Positions 1 through 8,716 of a DNA stretch of 32,000 nt are shown piece after piece. The notes under the pieces are model-generated. The model saw only the letters and a program-made list of their open reading frames with translations, made no database searches and had not been told where the DNA came from. Source of the DNA: Candidatus Hermodarchaeota archaeon (GTDB taxonomy: Archaea > Asgardarchaeota > Heimdallarchaeia > Hodarchaeales > Hodarchaeaceae). Position numbers and translations under genes: made by a program. The DNA lies in contig JBHLKY010000009.1 in NCBI GenBank assembly GCA_048886185.1, positions 150,001 through 182,000 of the forward strand, in the 5' to 3' direction. Positions within the stretch are counted from its first letter, which is position 1. Each line of letters opens with the position of its first letter.

Positions 1-15
1 ATAGGAAGCTTAAAT

Positions 16-1092
16 ATGGAAGAGAGCTCAACTATGTCTAAAGAATTAAATGAAACGTCAGCTGATACACTGAATCAGCCACCTGAAACCAAAATGAAAC
101 GTTTGGGGGGATATATGAAGGAAACTTTGAAAGAAATGTTCCGTACACTTAGACATCCTGAATTTAAATTTGCAGTCTCAGGAATAATCATTACAATAGT
201 ATTAATCTTGATTTCGTTATGGTTTCTTATTCATACTGGAGTTGATCCCAACGCAGATCCCGCAATCGATCTAATGAAAATGAATCTTCTCAGCATCCCT
301 ATAGGATTGCTAATAGCGTTCATGATTATATATTTATGGTTTCTTTTAGGTTTTAAAATTACACCTAGGGCAGCCCACTATTTAGTAGATAATAAGCTTT
401 TGAAATTATTTTTTACTAGAGGAGACATTCATTACCTTGAATATATTCCTGTAGAGAAAAGGAAAATATCAATGCCTCATATTTTGAACAAATATATTGC
501 TTTAGTTCTTGCTTGGGTTTCTGTTTCTGCCTTCTTGTTTCAATTATTAGCAAACCTCTTCACAAGTAATGATCCTGGAAAAATACTAAATCCAGAGGAT
601 CCAATAATATTTTTACTTAGAACGTTAGTATTATTCATACTTGTACCTTTAATATTCACTTTGATCTATCCCCTCTCATGGATGCTAATCGATGCCAGAT
701 TAAAAGCATACAATTCCGCATCAAAACTTAATTGGCTTGTAGGTACGAGGGTTGCCAATTTAACTGGTGGTTTTATTACTATTGGTTCCTTGGTTTTCAT
801 AGGAGCAGACGTTCTCAATAGTCCACAGGAAAGAGGTAATTTGATTTTAGGCCTTGTCATTTTTTGTCTGATTCATGTTTCCCTGATCGTAATTCTTGTT
901 TCTCTATTCTACAACATATTTTTCTATGGGAAATTTTATCAAAGGATTATCGAGGATGTAGAGGTTGGATTCGGAATTACTGATGTTACATTAGTTGATG
1001 AAGAGGGTGAAGCACTTCCTAAAGAACCTGAGTCGAAGCCTGAATTCGAATTGAAACCTGAACCAGAACCTCTTAGATCAGAAGATGAGTGA
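16..1092 (+). CDS. Hypothetical polytopic membrane protein with acidic Pro/Glu-rich C-tail
   Basis: 358-aa ORF with about 7-8 hydrophobic segments; C-tail PKEPESKPEFELKPEPEP; no recognisable family motif. Confidence 0.8.
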   Translation: MEESSTMSKELNETSADTLNQPPETKMKRLGGYMKETLKEMFRTLRHPEFKFAVSGIIITIVLILISLWFLIHTGVDPNADPAIDLMKMNLLSIPIGLLIAFMIIYLWFLLGFKITPRAAHYLVDNKLLKLFFTRGDIHYLEYIPVEKRKISMPHILNKYIALVLAWVSVSAFLFQLLANLFTSNDPGKILNPEDPIIFLLRTLVLFILVPLIFTLIYPLSWMLIDARLKAYNSASKLNWLVGTRVANLTGGFITIGSLVFIGADVLNSPQERGNLILGLVIFCLIHVSLIVILVSLFYNIFFYGKFYQRIIEDVEVGFGITDVTLVDEEGEALPKEPESKPEFELKPEPEPLRSEDE

Positions 1093-1102
1093 AATTACCA
1101 TC

Positions 1103-2725
1103 TTACTCTTTTTTTCTTTTTTGATATTCTAAGCAGATCTTTACAAATGCCTTGAAAAGTGGAGCAGGTTGTTCAAAACGCGATAAAAACTCTGGATGAA
1201 ATTGTGTTCCTACAAAAAATGGATGATCTGTCAGTTCTCCAATATGAACTACAGAATTATCAGAAGATATTCCAGAGAATGTAAATCCTTTTGCAGCTAT
1301 CTGGGGCATATATTCAGGATTGATTTCATAACGGTGTCGAAAACGCTCTTTTATCTCATTTTTCCCATATATGGCGTGTACTCGGGTTTTTTCTTTAATT
1401 ATCACAGGATATAGTCCAAGCCTCATCGTCCCACCTTTGAGATAAACAGTACGCTGCGAAGGTAAGAGATCAATCACAGGGTAAGGTGTCTCGGGATCAA
1501 ATTCCGTAGAGTTGGCGTTTTCCAGGCCACAGACATTTCTAGCAAACTCAATAACAGCACATTGCAGTCCTAGACAAATTCCTAAGAATGGTAATTTATT
1601 TTCCCGTAATTTTGAGATCAGTGATATCTTCCCCTCGATACCCCGATATCCAAAACCTCCAGGAATAATAATTCCATCGCAAGACTCGACATGGTGATTC
1701 AGGTCCTTATTAGTAATTTCTGTTGTTTCGATGAATACTGGAGTTACTTTTACACCTAGATGAGCTCCAGCGTGAGTCAGTGCTTTAACAATTGAGACAT
1801 AAGCATCTCCGAGTGCCGTGTATTTTCCACCAACACCAATAATCACTTCCCCTATTGGATTTCTGATTTTATCTAAGAGATCACTCCATGCTGAAAGAGA
1901 AGGTAATTTTTTAGGACCCATTTGTAATTTCTTGAATACACTTGCCAGAATTTCTTCTTCTAACAATTGAAAAGGGTACTCATAGATTACCTGGACATCG
2001 TGTCCACTAATGACGTTGGATACGGAGACATTGCAGAACATAGCAACTTTTTGGCGTACATCTGGATTTAAAGGTTTTTCTGAGCGACAAAGGAGAATAT
2101 CAGGCTGTATTCCCATTCCTTGCAGGGTTTTTACACTTGCTTGTGTGGGTTTTGTCTTCTGTTCTCCCACTACTTTTAAAAATGGGATCAGTGTCACATG
2201 TACCCAACAAACATCAGATCGATCTTGTGATAACGCTAGTTGTCGTAGAGCTTCAATAAAATATGCATTCTCAATATCTCCGACAGTTCCTCCAACTTCA
2301 ACAAGTGTAACATCCACACTTTCATCTTTTTGGCGTATCCACGAAATTATTTCGTTTGTTACATGTGGAATGAACTGAATATCTTGGCCTAGGTATTCTC
2401 CTTGTCTTTCTTTTTCAATAATGTTTTGAAATATTTGACCTCCTGTTAAAGAAGACCAAGAATCAAGTGAAATATTAAGAAATCTTTCATATGTTCCAAG
2501 ATCCATGTCAGTTTCTGTTCCATCATCAAGAACAAATACCTCTCCATGTTTGAAAGGATTGATCGTTCCTGCGTCGACGTTGAGATATCCGTCAAATTTA
2601 ATTGGCGCCACAGAGTAACCAGAACTACTTAGGAGTTTTGCGAGAGATGCAGCTAATAATCCTTTTCCTAATCCGCTCATGACTCCTCCTGTTACAATAA
2701 TATACTTGTTGCTTATTCTAATCAC
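1103..2725 (-). CDS. pyrG: CTP synthase (glutamine-hydrolysing)
   Basis: KYIIVTGGVMSGLGKG, GEVFVLDDGTETDMDLGTYERF, KTKPTQ, GATase nucleophile GICLG and QFHPE motifs; exact start uncertain (GTG 2725). Confidence 0.98.
   Translation of the reverse strand: MIRISNKYIIVTGGVMSGLGKGLLAASLAKLLSSSGYSVAPIKFDGYLNVDAGTINPFKHGEVFVLDDGTETDMDLGTYERFLNISLDSWSSLTGGQIFQNIIEKERQGEYLGQDIQFIPHVTNEIISWIRQKDESVDVTLVEVGGTVGDIENAYFIEALRQLALSQDRSDVCWVHVTLIPFLKVVGEQKTKPTQASVKTLQGMGIQPDILLCRSEKPLNPDVRQKVAMFCNVSVSNVISGHDVQVIYEYPFQLLEEEILASVFKKLQMGPKKLPSLSAWSDLLDKIRNPIGEVIIGVGGKYTALGDAYVSIVKALTHAGAHLGVKVTPVFIETTEITNKDLNHHVESCDGIIIPGGFGYRGIEGKISLISKLRENKLPFLGICLGLQCAVIEFARNVCGLENANSTEFDPETPYPVIDLLPSQRTVYLKGGTMRLGLYPVIIKEKTRVHAIYGKNEIKERFRHRYEINPEYMPQIAAKGFTFSGISSDNSVVHIGELTDHPFFVGTQFHPEFLSRFEQPAPLFKAFVKICLEYQKRKKE
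1109..1122 (+). terminator. Oligo-U tract, probable terminator of 16..1092
   Basis: T7-C-T6 run 17 nt after the stop, inside the 3' end of convergent pyrG. Confidence 0.4.
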
Positions 2726-2929
2726 CCATGAGGCTTTTTTAATGTTCTACCTATTTTGTTTCGTCCTCTAGCTAGCAAAGACTAATGACTTTTGCGAGAT
2801 ACACCTATTTGAATCATCTATGATGTAATAGGAATAACATATTATAAAGTAATGATAACCTAAAATATCTACTGGTAACAATATCATTTATAGTTTTGAA
2901 ACATTTTTCCTTTATTTCGAAGGTACGGA

Positions 2930-3484
2930 ATGAAAATGAATCGAAAAAAAGAGATCATTGAGCCAACAGTCTCTTGGTTTCCTTCTCCAGTTGTTTTAGT
3001 CTCCTGTATTGACCGAGAAATGGAAAATAAGAACATTATAACAATTGCATGGACAGGTGTTGTATGTTCTCATCCACCATTGATTTCTGTATCCATTCGG
3101 CCAACAAGATTTAGTCATGAGTTGATATCTGACAATGGGGAATTTGTTATAAATATTCCAACATCAGAACAGCTAGAGAGCGTTAAACTATGTGGGAAAA
3201 AGACAGGAAGAGAGATAAATAAGTGGAAAGCATGTGGTTTCTCCCCTGAAAGGGCAACAAAGGTTTCAGCACCTTTAATTAAAGAATGTCCTATTAATAT
3301 TGAATGTAAAGTCGTAAAAACTCTTCCTGAAATGGGAACTCATACAATTTTTATCAGCGAAGTGCAAGCAGTGCATGTTGATCCTCAGGTAGCTCCAAAC
3401 TCTGTTCTAGAAATTGTTCCCTTATGCTACTCCCCTAAATCAGGAATCTATGGGAAATCTTTAGCACTCGGCAAAGAAATTTAA
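2930..3484 (+). CDS. Flavin reductase-like FMN-binding protein (DIM6/NTAB family)
   Basis: PSPVVLVS, NIITIAW, GEFVINIP, APLIKECPINIECKV, GTHTIFISEV motifs. Confidence 0.92.
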   Translation: MKMNRKKEIIEPTVSWFPSPVVLVSCIDREMENKNIITIAWTGVVCSHPPLISVSIRPTRFSHELISDNGEFVINIPTSEQLESVKLCGKKTGREINKWKACGFSPERATKVSAPLIKECPINIECKVVKTLPEMGTHTIFISEVQAVHVDPQVAPNSVLEIVPLCYSPKSGIYGKSLALGKEI

Positions 3485-3520
3485 ACAAAAAAGAGAAATT
3501 TTGATGAAAATATTTGAGGA

Positions 3521-5002
3521 ATGTTTGTCATGGATCTTACTTCAATTATAAACCATTATTGTCGAAAGATTGGTGTTTGGCTCCTCAGTTTATTTCCTAT
3601 CTTATTAGTCGTAATACTCATTTTTATTGCAGTTACTCCCGATGAGATAGAATTGAGTGATCCCAAGCTCCTACTAACTGTAGTAGTATACATTATACTT
3701 ATTTTAACAGCAATACCATTTGCTTTCAACGGCTATCTAATGGAATCCGATTTTAACAAAGAGATAAAGAGAATAGAGCGTACAGGTCTGTTAATTCAGG
3801 GTGTAGAGGGATTTGATGAGATTGAATCATCTATTAAATTACTTTATCGCGGATCATATTCAATTACTGGAACTGTTATCATAAGCTTCTTGGCATTCAT
3901 ATCTGCCATATTTTTGCAAAGCAATATTGGCTTGTTAGCTAGGATTTTCATGTTTACTGCAAGCATAGGCCTCTTGGCCATTTCAAGTGGGGCTTCGATT
4001 CTCCTTCGTCTTCCTGATAAATCCGCTCTCCAGCCAGGTGGTTTGATGAAGTTCTATTCCCCAAAATCGATCTCTTTACGTTTAGATAATATATTATCGG
4101 ACTCTATTTTTACTCAACTTGACCCAATTACGCGAATTCGCATGGATGAATGGTCAAGATCAATTCTCGAACATTTTAATAAAGGATATTTAAGTAATCT
4201 GGATAATCAAACAAGATTAGAACGTGCTCGCGAAAAGATCTTCTTAATGATTTATCTTAAGGAAATGAAGCCCGAATTAATGACAGGAGAGATTTTCCAA
4301 AGAGAATTGACTGAAATTATTGATCCGAATTATTTAACTGAATTTTTTGAGGGGAAAACTTCTGGAATTTCTTTAAAAACTCTGATAACTATTATGCATG
4401 ATGTTAAAAATGAGATTCCTCAGATATTTGAATTAATCCAACGTATTTTTGTTCTGGTTACCGATGATTTACAAAATCTTCAAATTAAGGAAGAATTTGT
4501 ATCTATTTGTCATCCCACAACACATATTGGTAATATAGATCCCTTTAGAATTACTGTATTTGTATTGAATTTAAAAAATCTGCAACGAAAGATCCATATC
4601 CAAGCACAAACCTCTATGAGCTCTCTAGATCCCGATGATGCCTCACAGATATTACTACTGGATGTTAGTGATCTGGTATTGCCCTCCAATGGTACCATTC
4701 TTGAGTTCTCATCATCGACAGAGCCAATTGATGTGTTAAGACTTGTGAGTACCATTTTGCAAATAGGTGATACATTAAATCTGCAATTTCGACCAAATAG
4801 ATTCGGAACTCATGTATTAAACATTTCTGTGGGGGATCCAGAAAGAGGAATAATCACAGGCAGATCAGTTGTCATAGAGGTTCATCGTGATCTTAGATAT
4901 TATGCAAAAACTGTTGGAGCGAAAGCCTTGGGGTATATTGGAGCAGCTGTATCGCTCATTGGGATTAGTATGGGATCTTTAGTTGGTTTATTACAAATGT
5001 AA
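3521..5002 (+). CDS. Hypothetical membrane protein (4 N-terminal TM, soluble domain, beta-rich domain, C-terminal TM)
   Basis: 493-aa ORF with a clear hydropathy pattern; no family motif recognised. Confidence 0.8.
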   Translation: MFVMDLTSIINHYCRKIGVWLLSLFPILLVVILIFIAVTPDEIELSDPKLLLTVVVYIILILTAIPFAFNGYLMESDFNKEIKRIERTGLLIQGVEGFDEIESSIKLLYRGSYSITGTVIISFLAFISAIFLQSNIGLLARIFMFTASIGLLAISSGASILLRLPDKSALQPGGLMKFYSPKSISLRLDNILSDSIFTQLDPITRIRMDEWSRSILEHFNKGYLSNLDNQTRLERAREKIFLMIYLKEMKPELMTGEIFQRELTEIIDPNYLTEFFEGKTSGISLKTLITIMHDVKNEIPQIFELIQRIFVLVTDDLQNLQIKEEFVSICHPTTHIGNIDPFRITVFVLNLKNLQRKIHIQAQTSMSSLDPDDASQILLLDVSDLVLPSNGTILEFSSSTEPIDVLRLVSTILQIGDTLNLQFRPNRFGTHVLNISVGDPERGIITGRSVVIEVHRDLRYYAKTVGAKALGYIGAAVSLIGISMGSLVGLLQM

Positions 5003-5027
5003 AGATTATGAATCACTTCACTTATCT

Positions 5028-5496
5028 TTACGCTTTTTTTAAATCATTCCTTAGATACTCAGCATCCTCAATACCAACACTTAGCAGTAATAATGATTCA
5101 GAAATCCCGGTGGCTACTTTAAGATCATAATCAAGATCTTTAATGAGACATAATAAATGGCAATTCAATAAACAATTGAATATCCCCAAGATTCATGGTT
5201 AAGCGAATAATTTAGAATTTATTGGTCCAAAAAACTATAGATTTTATCCTCACTCTCTAGCTCAAAAGGTCATCATTTCACCAAAAGGAACAACTGCTTT
5301 TTATCAATATTATATTGTGGGTGACTTTCCAAACCAGGGAAGTACATGCGAGTGACTTTTTCATGGCTCTCGAGATATCTGGCAATTTTTAAAGCCCCCT
5401 CTGATTATTTCTTCACTCAAAGACCAATTGTTTTCAAACCTCGAAGAATTAAGTAAGAATTTGATGAAGAGCCCGAGTTTTTAATCCTTTCTGCAT
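5028..5496 (-). pseudogene. Degraded Cys/Met metabolism PLP-dependent lyase (cystathionine gamma-lyase/synthase or methionine gamma-lyase family), internally deleted and frameshifted
   Basis: Manual minus-strand translation: GAGGT SD, then MQKGLKTRALH (5496-5464) / SYLILRGLKTIGL*VKK*SEGALKIARYLESHEKVTRMYFPGLESHPQY / FGEMMTF / ELESEDKIYSFLDQ / IIRLTMNLGDIQLFIELPFIMSH / KDLDYDLKVATGISESLLLLSVGIEDAEYLRNDLKKA* (stop 5030-5028). Confidence 0.9.
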
Positions 5497-5781
5497 TAAA
5501 ATACCTCTACTTACTTATTAATAAGAGTGTGCTTAAAATCTAGAAATTTAGGAGAATTAATTGCTTTTCATTAATTTAAGTCATTTTTCTTTACATTTCT
5601 TTGAAAAAAAGGTAAAAATCAATAATCAGATATCGAAATAGATATTCTTAAAAGAGGAAAAATTTCCCTAAAAAACTAGATTTTCCATTATAGCATTTAT
5701 TAAACAGTTGAAAGAAACCTTCAATGATCTTAAGCAAAAATTTGAATATAATATATGAGACAACCTCGATGGTGAGATCTC

Positions 5782-6837
5782 GTGCGAAATTCTCCCATTT
5801 TCGGATCTATAAGGGTATTATTTCATAATAGCGTTCAATATTTCTCAAATATCAAGACACAACTGTTCTTGACAGTAATGATTTTTTTTGTTTCACAAAT
5901 TGAAACACTAGAATCATTAAATACCCTAGAATTTCCAAGGGTAGAGTTAAAGGATTACATTACTCTGATACGACCTTTTGGTTGGATTTCGAATTTTGTT
6001 TCAATTGGATTTGGTCTTCTTCTTACCCATGTATGGTCGCTACAGGGGCCCTCCATTATTCTAAAATACATTACAGCTGGAATTGCAGTCGGTCCCCTGC
6101 TATGGGGTGGCCTTTATACATTTAATTCTGTATTTGATGCCGAATTTGATAAAATCCATCCTTCAAAAATGCATCGTCCAATTGCTTCTGGACATATTTC
6201 TAAAAAAATGGCTTTACTCATTGCTACTGTTCATGTTCTATTGGGTCTTATCTTATTAGCTTGTATCTCCATTGTGGGATTTTTCCTAGGCCTTATAATG
6301 GTGATTCTACAAGTTCTATATTGTTTTCCTCCCTTTCGTCTCAAAGAAACCATAATCAATGTAATTTTTTCTGGTCCCTTGAACCATTTTTTGCGGATTC
6401 TTATAGGTTGGACATTAGTCCTTCCATTAATAGAGGCCCCTTATTTTTTTCTATTTGGAATTACCAGCATATTAGCAATTGGTTATTTGAGTTATAAAAT
6501 TCAAGATAAAGATATTTCTGAACAATTTGGATATCGGGGATTGGAGAGTTATCTACAACAACGGTCTGTTATAATTTTTGACTGTTTCTTAGCTTTAATT
6601 GCTTCTTTGTTTATTTTATTAGCGTTTTTGGTTCATCAGATAACTTGGCATCTTCTTTTTCTCATTCCAATAAGTTTTTTCATTTTTCTTTACATTTGGA
6701 TCAGTTCTTCTTCATTATGGCAAGCTGCAAAACCAGGAATCTACATAGGAAAATTGCATAATCTTGTTATCATTTTCTTTTTTATTGAATGGATAATCAT
6801 AATTATTAGTTTAATTCCCTCTCTAAATATCTTTTAA
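5782..6837 (+). CDS. UbiA-family prenyltransferase
   Basis: LKDYITLIRP, Asp-rich loop NSVFDAEFDKIHPSKMHRPIASG, YCFPPFRLK, multiple TMs; GGTGA SD before GTG. Confidence 0.9.
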   Translation: MRNSPIFGSIRVLFHNSVQYFSNIKTQLFLTVMIFFVSQIETLESLNTLEFPRVELKDYITLIRPFGWISNFVSIGFGLLLTHVWSLQGPSIILKYITAGIAVGPLLWGGLYTFNSVFDAEFDKIHPSKMHRPIASGHISKKMALLIATVHVLLGLILLACISIVGFFLGLIMVILQVLYCFPPFRLKETIINVIFSGPLNHFLRILIGWTLVLPLIEAPYFFLFGITSILAIGYLSYKIQDKDISEQFGYRGLESYLQQRSVIIFDCFLALIASLFILLAFLVHQITWHLLFLIPISFFIFLYIWISSSSLWQAAKPGIYIGKLHNLVIIFFFIEWIIIIISLIPSLNIF

Positions 6838-6865
6838 GTTTCTTCGTAATGGAGTTCATCTTTTA

Positions 6866-7759
6866 ATGAGTGTATTACAATTCAAAATTGAAACATTTGC
6901 TATAATAATCACTCTTATGACTATATACGGGATACTTGGAGGAGTCTCAGCTGTTTTATCAAAGAAGGGTATTTTAAAAATCGGTGGGTTAAAAATTGAA
7001 AAATCCTGGAAAAAATTCTTTCAAACATTCATGAAGTTAGTCTCTACACCTGTATGGTTTATTGGAGCCATTCTTGGAATTCTTGGATTTTGTGTGTATC
7101 TGATCGCACTTCAAAACTTTGAACTTTCCATTGTTAAGCCATTAGTCAACACAAACCTTGTCTTTACTTTCATCCTTGCGTATCTCTTCTTTAAAGAGCA
7201 GCTTAAGTGGAGTGAATGGTTAGGAATTGTAAGTATCATTTTGGGAATGATTTTCTTAGGAATTGTTACCAGAGAATCCTCTGGTGAGATTGAATTAATA
7301 CCTTTATTCTCAATGTTACCTCTTATAGTAATCGGAGTAGTTTTACTAGGGATCCTAGTTATTACTGAACGAATTCACAATCAAGAATTCATTTATTCTA
7401 TATCTGCTGGGGTTTTTTATGGTATGGGAGCGATTTTTTCAAAAGCAATTCTTGTTTTACTAACATTAAATACTAGTTTGGCTTTATTATTTTCTATTAC
7501 AATAATGTTTTCTTTAACTTACATTGTAGCTATTGTTTCTCAGCAGTTTGCGTTTAATAATGGGCGTCTCTCTATTGTTAGCCCACTTACAAATTCTATA
7601 TCGGTTTTAATACCTGTAATTGGAGCCATTATTATCTTTAATGAACAAATTTACTTTGAAAAAATTCTTGGTTTCTTAAGCATTCTACTGGGTATTATTT
7701 TATTGCGGAGAACTATTTTATCCCGGAACCATTCGATTTCTTATGGTATTTTCCCGTAA
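6866..7759 (+). CDS. DMT/EamA-family transporter
   Basis: About 10 TMs in two repeats: LSIVKPLVNTNLVFTFILAYLFFKEQL and LSIVSPLTNSISVLIPVIGAIIIFNEQI. Confidence 0.88.
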   Translation: MSVLQFKIETFAIIITLMTIYGILGGVSAVLSKKGILKIGGLKIEKSWKKFFQTFMKLVSTPVWFIGAILGILGFCVYLIALQNFELSIVKPLVNTNLVFTFILAYLFFKEQLKWSEWLGIVSIILGMIFLGIVTRESSGEIELIPLFSMLPLIVIGVVLLGILVITERIHNQEFIYSISAGVFYGMGAIFSKAILVLLTLNTSLALLFSITIMFSLTYIVAIVSQQFAFNNGRLSIVSPLTNSISVLIPVIGAIIIFNEQIYFEKILGFLSILLGIILLRRTILSRNHSISYGIFP

Positions 7760-7773
7760 TCAATAAAGAAGTA

Positions 7774-8430
7774 TTATCTTCTAAAGGTTCTCTTCAGTCG
7801 ATGATTGAGTGTATGGAGATGTAAGGAAAGTGGGGAATGCTTTCCATCCACTGTTATCTTCCCTGTTATCAAGGAATGACGGAATTCTTCCATTGTAGAC
7901 CCATTATAAGAAATCCAAGCCTTTCCCACTTCAGGGGCAAAGTGTGCATCTGAACCTGCTGTCTGTTTTAAGGAATACTTTTCTGCAAGTTTAAGAGCCT
8001 TTTTATTGGCTCTAGGTAATATACAACGTGAGTTAAAAACCTCAATAGCATCAATGAAGCTCAAATCCTGTTCAGTCACCCTAAACCTTTTTCCACGTAT
8101 TCGATCAAAAGGATGTGGTATCACCACTATTCCTCCTTTTTCTCTGATTTCTTCGGCAACATCAGGGAAATAGGAGGTTGATAGTTCTTCTTCAATCCAT
8201 GCTCCAATTACTTCACCTCTATTTGTAAGTATTTCAATCCCTGGAATAAAAATCAGTTCTTCATGAGATTTAAGAAGATCTTTAAACGCTATGGCGCCTT
8301 TTATGGTATTATGATCGCATATCATTACTCCTTGAATGTCTCTTTTTTGGCATAGCTTTAATATTAGCTCTGGTTCAAGATTTGAGCATTTAGAATATTT
8401 TGTGTGACAGTGAAAGTCCACGCGTGGCAT
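7774..8430 (-). CDS. PHP-domain metal-dependent phosphoesterase
   Basis: DFHCHTKYS, ICDHN, PGIE, IPHPF, IEVFNSR, AGSDAH motifs. Confidence 0.93.
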   Translation of the reverse strand: MPRVDFHCHTKYSKCSNLEPELILKLCQKRDIQGVMICDHNTIKGAIAFKDLLKSHEELIFIPGIEILTNRGEVIGAWIEEELSTSYFPDVAEEIREKGGIVVIPHPFDRIRGKRFRVTEQDLSFIDAIEVFNSRCILPRANKKALKLAEKYSLKQTAGSDAHFAPEVGKAWISYNGSTMEEFRHSLITGKITVDGKHSPLSLHLHTLNHRLKRTFRR

Positions 8431-8534
8431 GATTATTCACGTACATTTTTAAACGATAGAATTCTGATATTCAATCGTTTTGAATTCTAATCTTAATTTA
8501 TTTATTACGGTATGACCTCAGAGAGTTCAGTATA

Positions 8535-8546
8535 TATACCTCAAGG
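8535..8546 (+). promoter_or_regulatory. Copy 1 of 12-bp direct repeat TATACCTCAAGG overlapping TATATATA
   Basis: Exact match to 8734-8745. Confidence 0.5.
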
Positions 8547-8716
8547 ATACCCCGATTAAGGACTACTAATAACAATTAAAATAAGATTCTGCAAAGACAG
8601 CGATAAATAATATAGGATTTGTGAGGATGTAGAGGAGAATATTTTAGATCTAAAAAACTTCTATAGGGAGAAGTACCAAACCTTCGATTTCAAACAAAAT
8701 ATGGTATGTTATCTTA

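Noticed and set aside
1020-1075. KPEF/EPEP similarity between the tail of 16..1092 and 23000-23060
   Set aside because: Low-complexity Pro/Glu convergence; too short to imply homology or a mobile repeat
666-2378. Short ORFs 666..860, 1196..1414, 1512..1697, 2010..2378
   Set aside because: Antisense shadows of well-supported genes, with no motifs
5417-5419. In-frame TGA in the PLP-lyase remnant as selenocysteine recoding
   Set aside because: It occupies a conserved Arg position (CGA to TGA) and co-occurs with TAA, frameshifts and a large deletion
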